From contig SFGJ01000003.1 of NCBI GenBank assembly GCA_004557655.1, positions 18,421 through 82,420 on the forward strand: a stretch of DNA of 64,000 nt. Reading direction: 5' to 3'. The stretch comes from Clostridiales bacterium. GTDB lineage: Bacteria > Bacillota > Clostridia > Oscillospirales > Oscillospiraceae. A program made the translations under genes and the position numbers. Under the pieces are notes generated by a model. The model was not told the DNA's origin. It saw nothing but the letters and a program-made list of their open reading frames with translations, and searched no databases. Positions 44,612 through 54,914 of the stretch are shown one piece after another. Within the stretch, counting starts at the first letter, position 1, and each line of letters begins with the position of its first letter.

Positions 44612-47098
44612 TCACTCCTCCGTTGCGGTAGTGGGCGCCTCAGGGTCGGCCAAAGCCATGGAGATGACCCGGTCGCCCTCGGTCTTAAAGCGCATGACGA
44701 TAACGCCCTGTGTGGCGCGCCCCGCCGTGCGGATATTCTGCACCGGAGTGCGGATGAGGATGCCGCTCTCCGTCACCAGCAGCAGGTCCTCGCTGCCATC
44801 CACCACCTTGATGCCCACGATGGGACCGGTCTTCCCGGTGACCATGTAGTTGCGGATACCGGAGCCGCCCCGGCTGGTGATGCGGTAGTCCTCCACCGGG
44901 GTTCGCTTGCCGTAGCCCTTTTCGGTAATGGTGAGGACGGTCTTGCCCGCCTCGGCCCGGGCGGCGCCCACCACATAGTCCCCCTCACGCAGGCGTATGC
45001 CCCGCACGCCCACAGCCGTGCGGCCCATGGGTCGCACATCGCTCTCGTGGAAGCGCACCGCCTGACCGTCGTGGGTGGCGATGAGGATATACTGGTTGCC
45101 GTCGGTTTCCTTGACGCTGATAAGCTGGTCGCCCTCGTCCAGAGTCAGGGCGCGGATGCCGCTCTGGCGGATGTTCTTCAGTTGTTCCACCGGCAGGCGC
45201 TTCACGGTGCCGTTGCGGGTGGTCATGAAGAGATAAAGCCGCTCGTCGCCCACCTCCCGGAAATGGAGCATGGCCTGCACCTTTTCCCCGGTCTCCACCT
45301 GAATGACATTGACCATGTTGATACCCTTGGAGGTCTTGCCGCTCTCTGGAATCTGATAGCCCTTCTTGCGGTAGACCTTGCCAGTGTCGGTGAAGAAGAG
45401 AATGTAGTCATGGGTGGAGGCGGTGAACACGGACACCACCTCGTCCTCCTCCCGGGTGGACATACCCTTCTTGCCCATGCCGCCCTTGCTCTGAGCGGCG
45501 TATTCACTGACGGGAGTGCGCTTGATATACCCGGCCTTGGTGAGGGTAAAGACACACTGTTCCTCCTCGATGAGGTCCTCGATGTCTATCTCGTCCTCCA
45601 CGTCCTGGATCTCCGTCTTGCGTTCGTCGCCGTACTTCTCCGCCAGAGCGGACAGCTCCTCCTTGAGAATCTGCCGCACCAGAGCGTCGTCGGACAGCAC
45701 CCGGCGGAAGTAAGCGATCTTCTCCTCCAGCTCTTCGTACTCCTTCTGCAGCTTCTCCCGGTCAAGGCCCTGCAGAGCCTTCAGCCGCATATCCAGAATG
45801 GCCTGGGCCTGGACCTGATCCAGGCCGAAGCGAGCCATGAGGTTTTCCTTGGCGTCATCGTAGCTCTCCCGGATGATTTTGATGACCTCGTCGATGTTGT
45901 CCTGGGCAATGAGCAGGCCCTCCAGCAGATGGGCCCGCTCCAAGGCCTTATTCAGATCGAACTTCGTACGGCGGACGATGATCTCCTCCTGGAAATTCAG
46001 GTACTCGTCGATGATGTGCCGCAGGGACAGAATCTTGGGTTGGCGCTGGTTATCCACCAGTGCCAGCATATTGATGGCGAAGGTGGTCTGGAGCTGAGAC
46101 TGGGCAAACAGGCGGTTTAAGACCACCTGGGGATTGGCGTCACGCTTTAGCTCAATGACGATGCGCATACCGTTGCGGTCGGATTCGTCCCGGATGTCGG
46201 AAATGCCGTCCAGCCGCTTGTCCTCCACCTGCTCGGCGATACTCTTGATGAGCATCCGCTTGTTCACCTGATACGGCAGCTCCGTGATGACGATGCGGGT
46301 GCGGTCCTTGCCGAATTCCTCGAATTCATGCCGGGAGCGCACCACCAGACGGCCCCGTCCTGTGGCGTAGGCGGCCCGGATGCCGCTGCGGCCCATGATG
46401 ATACCCTTTGTGGGGAAATCCGGGCCCTTGATGTGCTGCATCAAATCACCCAAGGTGGCCTCAGGATCGTCCAGCACACAAATGCAGGCGCCGATGACCT
46501 CCCGCAGATTGTGGGGCGGGATGTTGGTGGCCATACCCACGGCAATGCCGGAGGAGCCGTTCACCAGCAGGTTGGGGAACCGCGCGGGCAGCACTCTCGG
46601 CTCCCTGCGGCTCTCGTCAAAGTTGGGATCCCAATCCACGGTATCCTTCTCAATATCCCGGAGCATCTCGTTGGAGATCTTGGACAGTCTCGCCTCGGTA
46701 TAGCGGTAGGCAGCGGCGGGATCGCCATCCACGGAGCCGAAGTTGCCGTGGCCGTCCACCAGCATATAGCGCATGGAGAAGTCCTGAGCCAGACGCACCA
46801 GGGCGTCGTACACGGAAGCGTCACCGTGGGGATGGTATCGGCCCAGCACATCGCCCACACAGGTAGCAGACTTCTTGAAGGGACGGTCAGAGGTAAGGTT
46901 GTCCTCATACATGGCGTAGAGAATGCGGCGGTGGACGGGCTTCAGGCCGTCCCGCACATCGGGCAGGGCGCGGCCCACGATGACGGACATGGCGTACTCA
47001 ATGTACGACTGCTCCATTTCAGGCACCAGGGGCGACTCCACGATGTGCTGCTGGGGATACCGGATCTCCTCCGGGTCATATTGCGGTTTCTTACTCAT
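44612..47098 (-). CDS. gyrA: DNA gyrase subunit A
   Basis: 828 aa; [23 protein letters not shown], active-site AAAYRYTE, C-terminal beta-pinwheel repeats. Confidence 0.98.
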   Translation of the reverse strand: MSKKPQYDPEEIRYPQQHIVESPLVPEMEQSYIEYAMSVIVGRALPDVRDGLKPVHRRILYAMYEDNLTSDRPFKKSATCVGDVLGRYHPHGDASVYDALVRLAQDFSMRYMLVDGHGNFGSVDGDPAAAYRYTEARLSKISNEMLRDIEKDTVDWDPNFDESRREPRVLPARFPNLLVNGSSGIAVGMATNIPPHNLREVIGACICVLDDPEATLGDLMQHIKGPDFPTKGIIMGRSGIRAAYATGRGRLVVRSRHEFEEFGKDRTRIVITELPYQVNKRMLIKSIAEQVEDKRLDGISDIRDESDRNGMRIVIELKRDANPQVVLNRLFAQSQLQTTFAINMLALVDNQRQPKILSLRHIIDEYLNFQEEIIVRRTKFDLNKALERAHLLEGLLIAQDNIDEVIKIIRESYDDAKENLMARFGLDQVQAQAILDMRLKALQGLDREKLQKEYEELEEKIAYFRRVLSDDALVRQILKEELSALAEKYGDERKTEIQDVEDEIDIEDLIEEEQCVFTLTKAGYIKRTPVSEYAAQSKGGMGKKGMSTREEDEVVSVFTASTHDYILFFTDTGKVYRKKGYQIPESGKTSKGINMVNVIQVETGEKVQAMLHFREVGDERLYLFMTTRNGTVKRLPVEQLKNIRQSGIRALTLDEGDQLISVKETDGNQYILIATHDGQAVRFHESDVRPMGRTAVGVRGIRLREGDYVVGAARAEAGKTVLTITEKGYGKRTPVEDYRITSRGGSGIRNYMVTGKTGPIVGIKVVDGSEDLLLVTESGILIRTPVQNIRTAGRATQGVIVMRFKTEGDRVISMALADPEAPTTATEE

Positions 47099-47245
47099 AG
47101 TATATCTCCTTGTCAGAGGGTTGCGTCGGAAATTGGTTTTTCGGTAGATTGCTCTTTATTTGCATCGTCAGGCTCAGGTCAGCCCGCCGCCTTTTGTGAA
47201 GGTCGCTGATGCCAACACCGACTCGCATGGAGTTACGGTCATTTC

Positions 47246-49186
47246 TTAATAATCCAAATTCACCGCGTACTTGGCCTTGCGCTCGATGAACTCCTTCCGC
47301 GGCTCCACCTTTTCGCCCATGAGCACCGTGAAGGTAGCGTCCGCCGCCACGGCGTCGTCCAGCGTGATGCGCCGCAGGGTGCGCTTCTCCGGGTCCATGG
47401 TGGTCTCCCACAGCTCATGGGGGTTCATCTCGCCCAGGCCCTTAAACCTGCTGATGTCGATCTTCGCGTCCGGATTGTCCCCCCGCATCTCGGCGGATAC
47501 CCGGTCCCGCTCTTCATCGGAATAGGCCACCCGGCTCTGCTTGCCCCGGGTCAGCTTATACAGGGGCGGCACGGCGGAATACACATAGCCGTTCTCTATG
47601 AGGGGGCGCATGAACCGGAAGAAGAAGGTCAGCAGCAGCGTCCGGATATGGGCACCGTCCACATCGGCATCGGCCATGATAATAATCTTGTGATACCGTA
47701 ACTTGTCGGCATCAAACTCCTCCCCGATGCCCGCGCCCAGGGCGGTGATAACGGGCTGGAGCTTGTCGTTTCCGTAGACCTTGTCCGCCCGGGCCTTCTC
47801 CACGTTCAGCATCTTTCCCCACAGAGGCAGGATGGCCTGGAACCGGGAGTCACGGCCCTGGGTGGCGGAGCCGCCTGCGGAATCGCCCTCCACGATGTAA
47901 AGCTCCGTCAGCTCGGGATTGTTCTCATTGCAGTCCCGGAGCTTGTCGGGCATGGCCGCGCCGCCCAATGCGGTCTTGCGGCGGATGGATTCTCTGGCCT
48001 TTCTCGCCGCCTCTCTTGCCCGGTTGGCGGTGAGGGCTTTATCCAGAATGGTCCGGGCCACCACGGGATGTTCCTCCAGATACACCGAGAGCTGGTCGGA
48101 CACGATGTTGTCCACCAGGGTGCGGATGTAGGCATTGCCCAGCTTATCCTTGGTCTGTCCCTCAAACTGGGCCTCCGTCAGCTTCACGGAGATGACGGCG
48201 GCAATGCCCTCCCGGCAGTCCTCGCCGGAAACCTTGTCATCCCCGTCCTTGATCATACCGTACTTGGTGCCGTATGCGTTGAGCACACGGGTGAGCGCCG
48301 CCTTGAAGCCTGTCTCATGCATACCGCCGCCGGGGGTGTGGATGTCATTGGCGAAGGAAACCAAGGTCTCGCTGTAACCGTCGTTATACTGCAGGGCGAT
48401 CTCCGCTGTGGCCTCCCCCTTGGCGCCGGAGAGATAAATGACCTCCTGATGAAGGGGCGTCTTGTTGCGGTTGAGGTAGGACACGTATTCCCGGATGCCG
48501 CCCTCATAGCACATGGTCTCTCCCTGCTCCATACCGGGCCGGGCGTCGGTGATGGTGATGCGCAACCCGGCGTTCAAAAAAGCCTGTTCCCGCATCCGGG
48601 TGTGGAGAATCTCGTAGTCATACACCAGTGTGTCGAACATCTCCGGGTCGGGCTTAAAGGTGACGGTGGTACCGGTATGGTCGGTGTCGCCGATGATCTT
48701 CATCTCCTGGGTAATGTCACCCCGGGAGAACTTCATCTCGTAGATATGTCCGTTCTTGTGCACCTGCACCTCCAGCCACTGGGAAAGGGCGTTTACCACG
48801 GACGCGCCCACGCCGTGAAGACCTCCGGATACCTTGTAGCCCCCGCCGCCGAACTTACCGCCGGCGTGCAGAACGGTATATACCACCTCCAGAGCGGGCC
48901 GGCCCGTCTGGGGCTGGATGTCTACGGGGATGCCCCGGCCGTTGTCGGTGACGGTGATGGTATCGCCCTCGTTGATGGTCACGGTGATGTCCGTGCAGTA
49001 GCCCGCCAGCGCCTCGTCGATGGCATTGTCCACGATCTCATACACCAGATGGTGCAGACCCGATGAGGAAGTGGAGCCGATGTACATACCCGGGCGCTTG
49101 CGGACGGCCTCCAAACCCTCCAGCACCTGGATCTCCGAGGCGTCATATTCCGTTTCCACGGCGATGACTTTTTCCAGTTCTGACAT
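47246..49186 (-). CDS. gyrB: DNA gyrase subunit B
   Basis: 646 aa; [37 protein letters not shown]. Confidence 0.98.
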   Translation of the reverse strand: MSELEKVIAVETEYDASEIQVLEGLEAVRKRPGMYIGSTSSSGLHHLVYEIVDNAIDEALAGYCTDITVTINEGDTITVTDNGRGIPVDIQPQTGRPALEVVYTVLHAGGKFGGGGYKVSGGLHGVGASVVNALSQWLEVQVHKNGHIYEMKFSRGDITQEMKIIGDTDHTGTTVTFKPDPEMFDTLVYDYEILHTRMREQAFLNAGLRITITDARPGMEQGETMCYEGGIREYVSYLNRNKTPLHQEVIYLSGAKGEATAEIALQYNDGYSETLVSFANDIHTPGGGMHETGFKAALTRVLNAYGTKYGMIKDGDDKVSGEDCREGIAAVISVKLTEAQFEGQTKDKLGNAYIRTLVDNIVSDQLSVYLEEHPVVARTILDKALTANRAREAARKARESIRRKTALGGAAMPDKLRDCNENNPELTELYIVEGDSAGGSATQGRDSRFQAILPLWGKMLNVEKARADKVYGNDKLQPVITALGAGIGEEFDADKLRYHKIIIMADADVDGAHIRTLLLTFFFRFMRPLIENGYVYSAVPPLYKLTRGKQSRVAYSDEERDRVSAEMRGDNPDAKIDISRFKGLGEMNPHELWETTMDPEKRTLRRITLDDAVAADATFTVLMGEKVEPRKEFIERKAKYAVNLDY

Positions 49187-49315
49187 AGATTCGTTTCCTT
49201 TCTCAAGGGAAGTTCTTCTTCCGCTGTAATTTCTGTACTGTTCTTTTTTCTGTCATTGCGAGAGTCGCAGACCGTCAGGTACACCGGCCCCTGCACAACT
49301 CTATCGGTAAGCAAT

Positions 49316-49343
49316 GCGTAGGGGTCAGCCTCCCGGACGACCC
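49316..49343. repeat. GCGTAGGGGTCAGCCTCCCGGACGACCC intergenic repeat copy
   Basis: 27/28 match to the inverted copy at 36406-36433; located in the remB-gyrB spacer. Confidence 0.75.
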
Positions 49344-49346
49344 GAC

Positions 49347-49598
49347 CTATTTACTTCTTTTCTGCAATGTTTGCGTGTTCAGTTGCGAGATATACACGAT
49401 CTGCCGATGGTAGGGATGATCGCACACCAGGAACGACTTGGGTATGTCCTCCGTCACGCTGACCACCACGCCCTCCCGCTCGGCCTTCTCCAGAAACTCC
49501 CTGGTCCGCTTGGACTGGGAGGTGATGTCCAGGTCGAAAATGCCGATGATACGCTTTTCCGGCAGCATAGCGTTCTGCCCGATATGCAGGTAACTCAT
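49347..49598 (-). CDS. remB: DUF370/RemB-like small protein
   Basis: 83 aa at the conserved recF-gyrB position, with IIGIFDLD and S.L...TL..R motifs typical of YaaB/RemB. Confidence 0.75.
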   Translation of the reverse strand: MSYLHIGQNAMLPEKRIIGIFDLDITSQSKRTREFLEKAEREGVVVSVTEDIPKSFLVCDHPYHRQIVYISQLNTQTLQKRSK

Positions 49599-50701
49599 TC
49601 CATTACCTCCCCGTTCTGAATGTGAAACAGTTTTCCGCTCTGCAGGCGGTCCAGCCGGTCATTTTCGCAGCATGTGATGAACACCTGCCCCCCGCTGATG
49701 CGGTTTAAAACATATTCCTGTCTCCTGGGGTCCAGCTCCGACAAAACATCGTCTAAAAGCATCACCGGATACTCCCCCACGGCGCCGCGGTGGATCTCCC
49801 GGTCTGCCAGCTTCAGGCTCAGTGCGGCCGTGCGCACCTGTCCCTGGGAACAGAACTGCCGGGCGTTTAACCCGTTGATTTCCACCAGAAAGTCGTCCTT
49901 ATGAGGTCCGGACAGACACAGCCGGGAGGAAATCTCCGCAGGATAGTGGCTCTCCTGGTGGTCTCGCAGCTCCTGGGTGATATGTTCCATTGACCCAAAG
50001 GGGTCTGTGACGGTCTTTACCGTTTCATATCGCAGGGACAGCTCCTCACGTCCGCCGGAGCAGTCGGCGTGGGCGGTCCCGGCGAAGGACTGCAGAGACC
50101 TGCAATACCTTGCCCGGCAGTGGATGAGAACTGCCCCCACCTGGCACATCCGCTCGTTAAAATCCGGCAGCATCCGTAAAAGTCCGGGATTTTCCTCGCT
50201 GTCCCTTAAAATGCGGGTCTTGTGCTCATATAACCGGTGGTACTCCGCCAGCGCCTCGGCGTACCGGGGCCTGAGCTGGCACAGGGATACATCCATGAAT
50301 CTGCGCCGTGCGGCGGCACCTTCCCGGATGAGGAACAAGTCCTCCGGACAGAAGAACACCGTATGCATCACGTCGGAAAGCTCAGCGCTATTTTTTGCCG
50401 TCACACCGTTGACGGTCATCTTTCGCCGCCGTCCCGCCTGCAGGGTGATCTCCGTGACAAATTCCCGCCCACGGGAGAAGATTTCCCCCCGGAGCGTTGC
50501 CTGCTGTCTGTCAAAGGAGATAAGCTCCCTGTCCGAACGGGTGCGGGGGGACTTGCCGCAGGAGAGATACACCATGGCCTCCAGCAGATTGGTCTTGCCC
50601 TGCGCGTTTTCCCCGTGGATCACATTGCAAACGCTGTCAAACTCCAGGGTCTGCTCCCGGTAGTTGCGAAAGCCGGAAACTGTCAGCTTATTGATCTGCA
50701 T
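49595..50701 (-). CDS. recF: DNA replication and repair protein RecF
   Basis: FRNY, Walker A GENAQGKTN, signature SQGQ, LLDDVLSELD. Confidence 0.95.
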   Translation of the reverse strand: MQINKLTVSGFRNYREQTLEFDSVCNVIHGENAQGKTNLLEAMVYLSCGKSPRTRSDRELISFDRQQATLRGEIFSRGREFVTEITLQAGRRRKMTVNGVTAKNSAELSDVMHTVFFCPEDLFLIREGAAARRRFMDVSLCQLRPRYAEALAEYHRLYEHKTRILRDSEENPGLLRMLPDFNERMCQVGAVLIHCRARYCRSLQSFAGTAHADCSGGREELSLRYETVKTVTDPFGSMEHITQELRDHQESHYPAEISSRLCLSGPHKDDFLVEINGLNARQFCSQGQVRTAALSLKLADREIHRGAVGEYPVMLLDDVLSELDPRRQEYVLNRISGGQVFITCCENDRLDRLQSGKLFHIQNGEVME

Positions 50702-50906
50702 ATTCGACTCCCATGGTCATACCGTGGTAGTCAACCTTGTCGCCGGGGCGGATCTTTCTTCCCCGCTGGGTGCAGGTCTCGCCGTTGACCAAAACTTCTC
50801 CCTCCTGCACCCGGATCTTTGCCTCGCCGCCGGTGGACACAGCATCCGCCAGCTTCAAAAGATCCTGCAGCTTAATGTATTCCGTTGTGATGGTTACGAT
50901 TTTCAT
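50688..50906 (-). CDS. yaaA: S4-domain RNA-binding protein YaaA
   Basis: 72 aa; I.L...LK......GGEAK......V.VNGE....RG.K....D pattern, at the conserved dnaN-recF position. Confidence 0.8.
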   Translation of the reverse strand: MKIVTITTEYIKLQDLLKLADAVSTGGEAKIRVQEGEVLVNGETCTQRGRKIRPGDKVDYHGMTMGVEYADQ

Positions 50907-50916
50907 GTTCTTTCCC

Positions 50917-52026
50917 TCACGCCTTCAGCCGCACGGGCAGCACCATATACAAAAAACTGTCGCTGCCGTCCACCGGGGTCATGACGCAGGGGCTGATGCC
51001 CGTGTTCAGCTCCATGACCACCTGCTCCGCCGGTGCGTAGCGCAAAGCGTCCATGAGATAGCGGTTGTTAAATCCGATCTCCAGCTCCTGCCCGTCTCCT
51101 TCCACAGGGCATACATCCACCGCTTCGCCGTTGCCGGTCTTGGCGGACAATACGACGCTGCCGTTTCCCATCTGGCAGCGGACGGGACTTTTCAGCTTTT
51201 CACTGATGACCACGCTGACCCGGTCCAGTCTGCTCAGCATGACCTTGGTATCCACCGTCAGGCGGATGGGATTGTTCCGGGGAATTGCATTCTTATAATC
51301 CAGGAACTCCCCCTCCAGCTTCCGGCAGATGAGCTGAGTGGTGCCGGTCTCGAACATGATATGGCGCTTGCCCAGAATGACGGTGACAGGCTCCTCACTG
51401 TCCTCGCAGATTTTCTCCACCTCGTTTAATGCGCTGCCGGGACACACAAAGCGGAAAGCGCCCCCCTCCAGCTTTTCGATTTTCTCCCGGCGCAGAGCCA
51501 GACGAAAACCGTCCACGGACACCACCGTCACGCCGTCAATGCCCACCTCAAAGAGGGAACCGGTGTGAATGGGCCGGTTTTCATTGGTGGACACGGCGAA
51601 AGATGTCTGATTGATCATAGCCTTGAGAATGCCCTGCTGCATGGTGAAGGTATACTCATCGTCCACCTCCGGCATTTCGGGATAATCGTCTGCGGACAGG
51701 CCCAGAATCTCAAACCGCGTGTCACCGCAGGTGAGGGTGACCATGTACTTTTCGTCAGCGGAGAACACGATCACATCGTCGGGCATTTTGCGGATGATAT
51801 CTCCGAACAGGCGGGAGTTGAGCACGATGCGCCCCCCCTCCCGGATGTCGGCCTCCAGACGGGTGCGGATGCCGGTCTGCATATTGTAGCCCGACAGGGT
51901 CAGCACCTCTGTTCCCTCCAGCAATAGTCCCTCCAGGGCAGGGATGGAGCTCTTGGTGGCGACGGTACGGGAGGCGGTATTCACGGCGAGCTGCAGCAGC
52001 GCCTTTTCACAGGAAAACTTCAGCAT
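50917..52026 (-). CDS. dnaN: DNA polymerase III beta sliding clamp
   Basis: 369 aa; MLKFSCEKALL start, three-domain clamp, directly downstream of dnaA. Confidence 0.95.
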   Translation of the reverse strand: MLKFSCEKALLQLAVNTASRTVATKSSIPALEGLLLEGTEVLTLSGYNMQTGIRTRLEADIREGGRIVLNSRLFGDIIRKMPDDVIVFSADEKYMVTLTCGDTRFEILGLSADDYPEMPEVDDEYTFTMQQGILKAMINQTSFAVSTNENRPIHTGSLFEVGIDGVTVVSVDGFRLALRREKIEKLEGGAFRFVCPGSALNEVEKICEDSEEPVTVILGKRHIMFETGTTQLICRKLEGEFLDYKNAIPRNNPIRLTVDTKVMLSRLDRVSVVISEKLKSPVRCQMGNGSVVLSAKTGNGEAVDVCPVEGDGQELEIGFNNRYLMDALRYAPAEQVVMELNTGISPCVMTPVDGSDSFLYMVLPVRLKA

Positions 52027-52097
52027 GGCACTTCATCCTTTCGATTCAGAAAATTATGCGCATATTTTGTGCGCACAGAACATAAGCTAAGTAATTT

Positions 52098-52270
52098 TAG
52101 TAATAGTAGTCGTAGGGAAAACTTTTGTGGAAAAACCCGGAGATGCCTCGGAAACTCTCACTTATTTTTCCACACAGGTCCAGGAGGATTTCCACGCCTT
52201 TCCACGGAAAATGGTAGGGAATATTTTAAAAAGACCCTTTCCACAGAGAGTTCACAAGTATTGTGGAAAT
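52098..52270. other. oriC module: DnaA-trio array plus six DnaA-box-like sites
   Basis: TAG TAA TAG TAG TCG TAG at 52098-52115. Boxes: TGTGGAAAA 52126, TTTTCCACA 52166, ATTTCCACG 52188, CTTTCCACG 52198, CTTTCCACA 52237, TGTGGAAAT 52262. AT-richer stretch at 52040-52097. Confidence 0.75.
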
Positions 52271-53593
52271 TTATATTTTTGGGTTGGCATTTATGTTGGT
52301 GGTGATCTGCTTTACCATCTCGGCAAAGGCTGGATCGGAGCGCATTTGTTTTTCCACCTTATCCAGAGAGTGCAGCACCGTGGTGTGGTCCCTGTCGCCG
52401 AATTCCTTGCCGATGTCCACCAGATTCATGCAGATCATCCGCCGCATGAGGTACATGGCGATCTGCCGGGCGGTGACCACCTCCCGGCCGCGGCTCTGGC
52501 CACGAAGCACATCTTCGTCGATATGGTAGGTGCTGCAGATGTAGTTCACCACTGACTGGGCTGTGGGGATGTACTCGTTGTTCTTCTTGATCATGTCCCG
52601 GATAGCACGGAGAATGTCCTCCTGGCTCATGGCGCTGCCCATGAGATCGTAGTAGGCGAGAATTTTGTTCAGGGTGCCCTCGATCTGCCGGACATTGGCG
52701 GTGACATTTTCCGCAATGAGGTCCGTCACCGGGTCGGACAGCTTCACGCCCAGCATGGCGGACTTGTTTTTCACGATGGCCAGACGGGTCTCATAATCCG
52801 GGGGGGTCACATCCACCATGAGACCCCACTCAAAGCGGGTACGCAGCCGGTCCTCCAGCTTGGTCATCTCCCGGGGAGGCCGGTCGGAGGTGAGGACGAT
52901 CTGCTTGCCTGCTTCATACAGGGAATTGAAGGTATGGAAAAATTCCTCCTGGGTCTGCTCCTTGCCGGCGATGAACTGCACGTCGTCCACCAAAAGCAGC
53001 GTGGCCTGCCGGTATTTCTCCCGGAACTCTGCGTTCTTGCCCTCCCGGATGGAGGCTACCAGCTCGTTGGTGAAGTCGTCGCCCTTGATGTAAACGATCT
53101 TGGCGTCGGGATGGTTTTTCTTAAGCCCGTGGGCAATGGCATAGAGTAGGTGGGTTTTTCCCAGGCCCGAATCGCCGTAGATGAACAGAGGATTGTAGTT
53201 CACGCCCGGCCGCTCGGACACGGCGTGGGCGGCAGCGTAGGCCAGTTTATTGCTGGGCCCTACCACATAGGTCTCAAAGGTGAAGGCCCCGGAATCGTTC
53301 AGGTCCCCCGGATAGTCCGGCGCCACGCCGTGGTAGGCAGACAGCTGTTCATCGTTGAGGATCTTGATCTCAAAGTCAGCCGAAAACAGATCCCGCAGGG
53401 CATCCCGGATGTAGGAAAGGAACCGGGCCTCGATGGTTTTCTTCTTAAATTCGTTGCCGCAGTGCAGCACAAAGGCGGAATCCTCCATGGTCACCACCTC
53501 CACCTCGTCGAACCAGGTGTTGATGGTGGTGGGGGCCAGCTGCCGCGACATCTGCTGCAGCACATTGCCCCATACGTCGGTCAGTGAATTCAA
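52271..53593 (-). CDS. dnaA: Chromosomal replication initiator DnaA
   Basis: 440 aa; AAA+ GDSGLGKTHLL, LLVDDVQF, C-terminal DNA-binding domain (DHTTVLHS). TTG start 53593, 8 nt after AAGGGGAG. Confidence 0.95.
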   Translation of the reverse strand: MNSLTDVWGNVLQQMSRQLAPTTINTWFDEVEVVTMEDSAFVLHCGNEFKKKTIEARFLSYIRDALRDLFSADFEIKILNDEQLSAYHGVAPDYPGDLNDSGAFTFETYVVGPSNKLAYAAAHAVSERPGVNYNPLFIYGDSGLGKTHLLYAIAHGLKKNHPDAKIVYIKGDDFTNELVASIREGKNAEFREKYRQATLLLVDDVQFIAGKEQTQEEFFHTFNSLYEAGKQIVLTSDRPPREMTKLEDRLRTRFEWGLMVDVTPPDYETRLAIVKNKSAMLGVKLSDPVTDLIAENVTANVRQIEGTLNKILAYYDLMGSAMSQEDILRAIRDMIKKNNEYIPTAQSVVNYICSTYHIDEDVLRGQSRGREVVTARQIAMYLMRRMICMNLVDIGKEFGDRDHTTVLHSLDKVEKQMRSDPAFAEMVKQITTNINANPKI

Positions 53594-53917
53594 ATTGATA
53601 GCTCCCCTTTCCCAAATAAAGAATTGTATATACAGGGAATATCGGTATCCTCGATGCCGGGAAAGGGGCAAAAGCCCCGCCGGCACCTGCCATACCCCTT
53701 ATCTCGCACCGGTCCTCGCGAAAGAGCGGAACGATTGCGGCGATCCGCCCATCCCTTCCCTCGGAGTTTCTGTTTCAAATAATTCTGCCGGCATGGCAGA
53801 ATAACCGCACCATAAGTATATCAGAAATCTTCCGTAAAGTCCATACTTATATATTAGAATATGTATAAAACATTTCCACACAGACGGAAAAACCGGACCT
53901 CCGCCGGGAAATATTTA

Positions 53918-53946
53918 TTGACAGCTTGATTTTCCTTATGTATAAT
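53918..53946 (+). promoter_or_regulatory. Consensus sigma-A promoter of the rpmH-rnpA operon
   Basis: TTGACA-17 nt-TATAAT, 130 nt upstream of rpmH. Confidence 0.7.
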
Positions 53947-54075
53947 AAGCAAAGTGCCGCTTTATCGGCATCTGACCTTATCAACTGCGGGACAGAGTTT
54001 TTTCTGTCCGCCGTCGAGTAAGTGTGGCGGCCCGGTTGCCGCCGCCGGATTTCTATGTAATGGAGGTGTCCTGCA

Positions 54076-54210
54076 ATGTTCCGTACCTATCAGCCCAAGA
54101 AGCGCCAGCGCTCCAAGGTGCACGGTTTCCGCAAGAGAATGGCTACCGCCAACGGCCGCAAGGTGTTGGCCCGCCGTCGTGCCAAGGGTCGTGCTCGTTT
54201 GACCCTCTGA
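54076..54210 (+). CDS. rpmH: 50S ribosomal protein L34
   Basis: Hand translation: [54 protein letters not shown] 7 nt upstream; below the ORF-track size cutoff. Confidence 0.95.
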   Translation: MFRTYQPKKRQRSKVHGFRKRMATANGRKVLARRRAKGRARLTL

Positions 54211-54322
54211 GGTCACGGAAGGTGCATCCGGCATAGCTTGTGAAAAACAGGGACGGTGGAAGGGAAACTGCCGTCCCTATTCGTCTATGCAAAAGTCGCT
54301 TGAAAAAAGCCGGGAGAGAGCC

Positions 54323-54670
54323 ATGAAAGCAGCCATAACGGTCAAGGAAAATTACGAATTTCGCCGTATTTATCATAAAGGCCGCTCCGCCGTTTCCCCC
54401 TACATGGTGGTCTACTGCCTGAAAAACCGGGAGGGAGCCAGCCGTCTGGGAGTCACGGTGAGCAGGAAGCTGGGTCATGCGGTGGTGCGCAACCGGGTGC
54501 GCCGCCGGCTCCGGGAGATCTATCGGCTGAACCGTGATAAAATGCAGCCCGGGTGGGATGTCATCGTGGTGGGACGCAGCCGCGGCATCAGCGGCGACTA
54601 CCGGAAGATGAACGAGGCCTATCTGGACTGTCTGCGCAAGCTCTCTCTCCTGCGGGAGGACGAAGGATGA
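54323..54670 (+). CDS. rnpA: Ribonuclease P protein component
   Basis: FRRIY..G, RLG..VS+K.G.AV.RNR.+R..RE motif; follows rpmH. Start taken at MKAAITVKE (54323). Confidence 0.88.
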   Translation: MKAAITVKENYEFRRIYHKGRSAVSPYMVVYCLKNREGASRLGVTVSRKLGHAVVRNRVRRRLREIYRLNRDKMQPGWDVIVVGRSRGISGDYRKMNEAYLDCLRKLSLLREDEG

Positions 54671-54876
54671 AAAAGTTCGTCATCTCCGCCATCCGGTTTT
54701 ACCAGCGGGAAATTTCTCCCCTGAGCCCCCCCCGCTGCCGCTATATCCCCACCTGCTCGCAGTACGCACTGGAGGCGGTGGAGAAATACGGCGCCATAAA
54801 GGGGACGTTTCTGGCCACCAAGCGCATCCTGCGGTGCAACCCATTCCACAAGGGCGGGTATGATCCCGTTCCGTAA
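54667..54876 (+). CDS. yidD: Membrane protein insertion efficiency factor YidD
   Basis: [11 protein letters not shown]....CRY.PTCSQYA.EA..KYG..KG..L...[15 protein letters not shown]; ATGA overlap with rnpA. Confidence 0.93.
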   Translation: MKKFVISAIRFYQREISPLSPPRCRYIPTCSQYALEAVEKYGAIKGTFLATKRILRCNPFHKGGYDPVP

Positions 54877-54914
54877 CCATTGGTTTTTCCCAAGAATTAA
54901 ACGGAGGAAAAAAT

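Noticed and set aside
49605-49620. parS half-site (ATGTGAAACA) inside recF.
   Set aside because: Only the right half matches: 4 mismatches over the 16-mer, within coding sequence. Consistent with chance.
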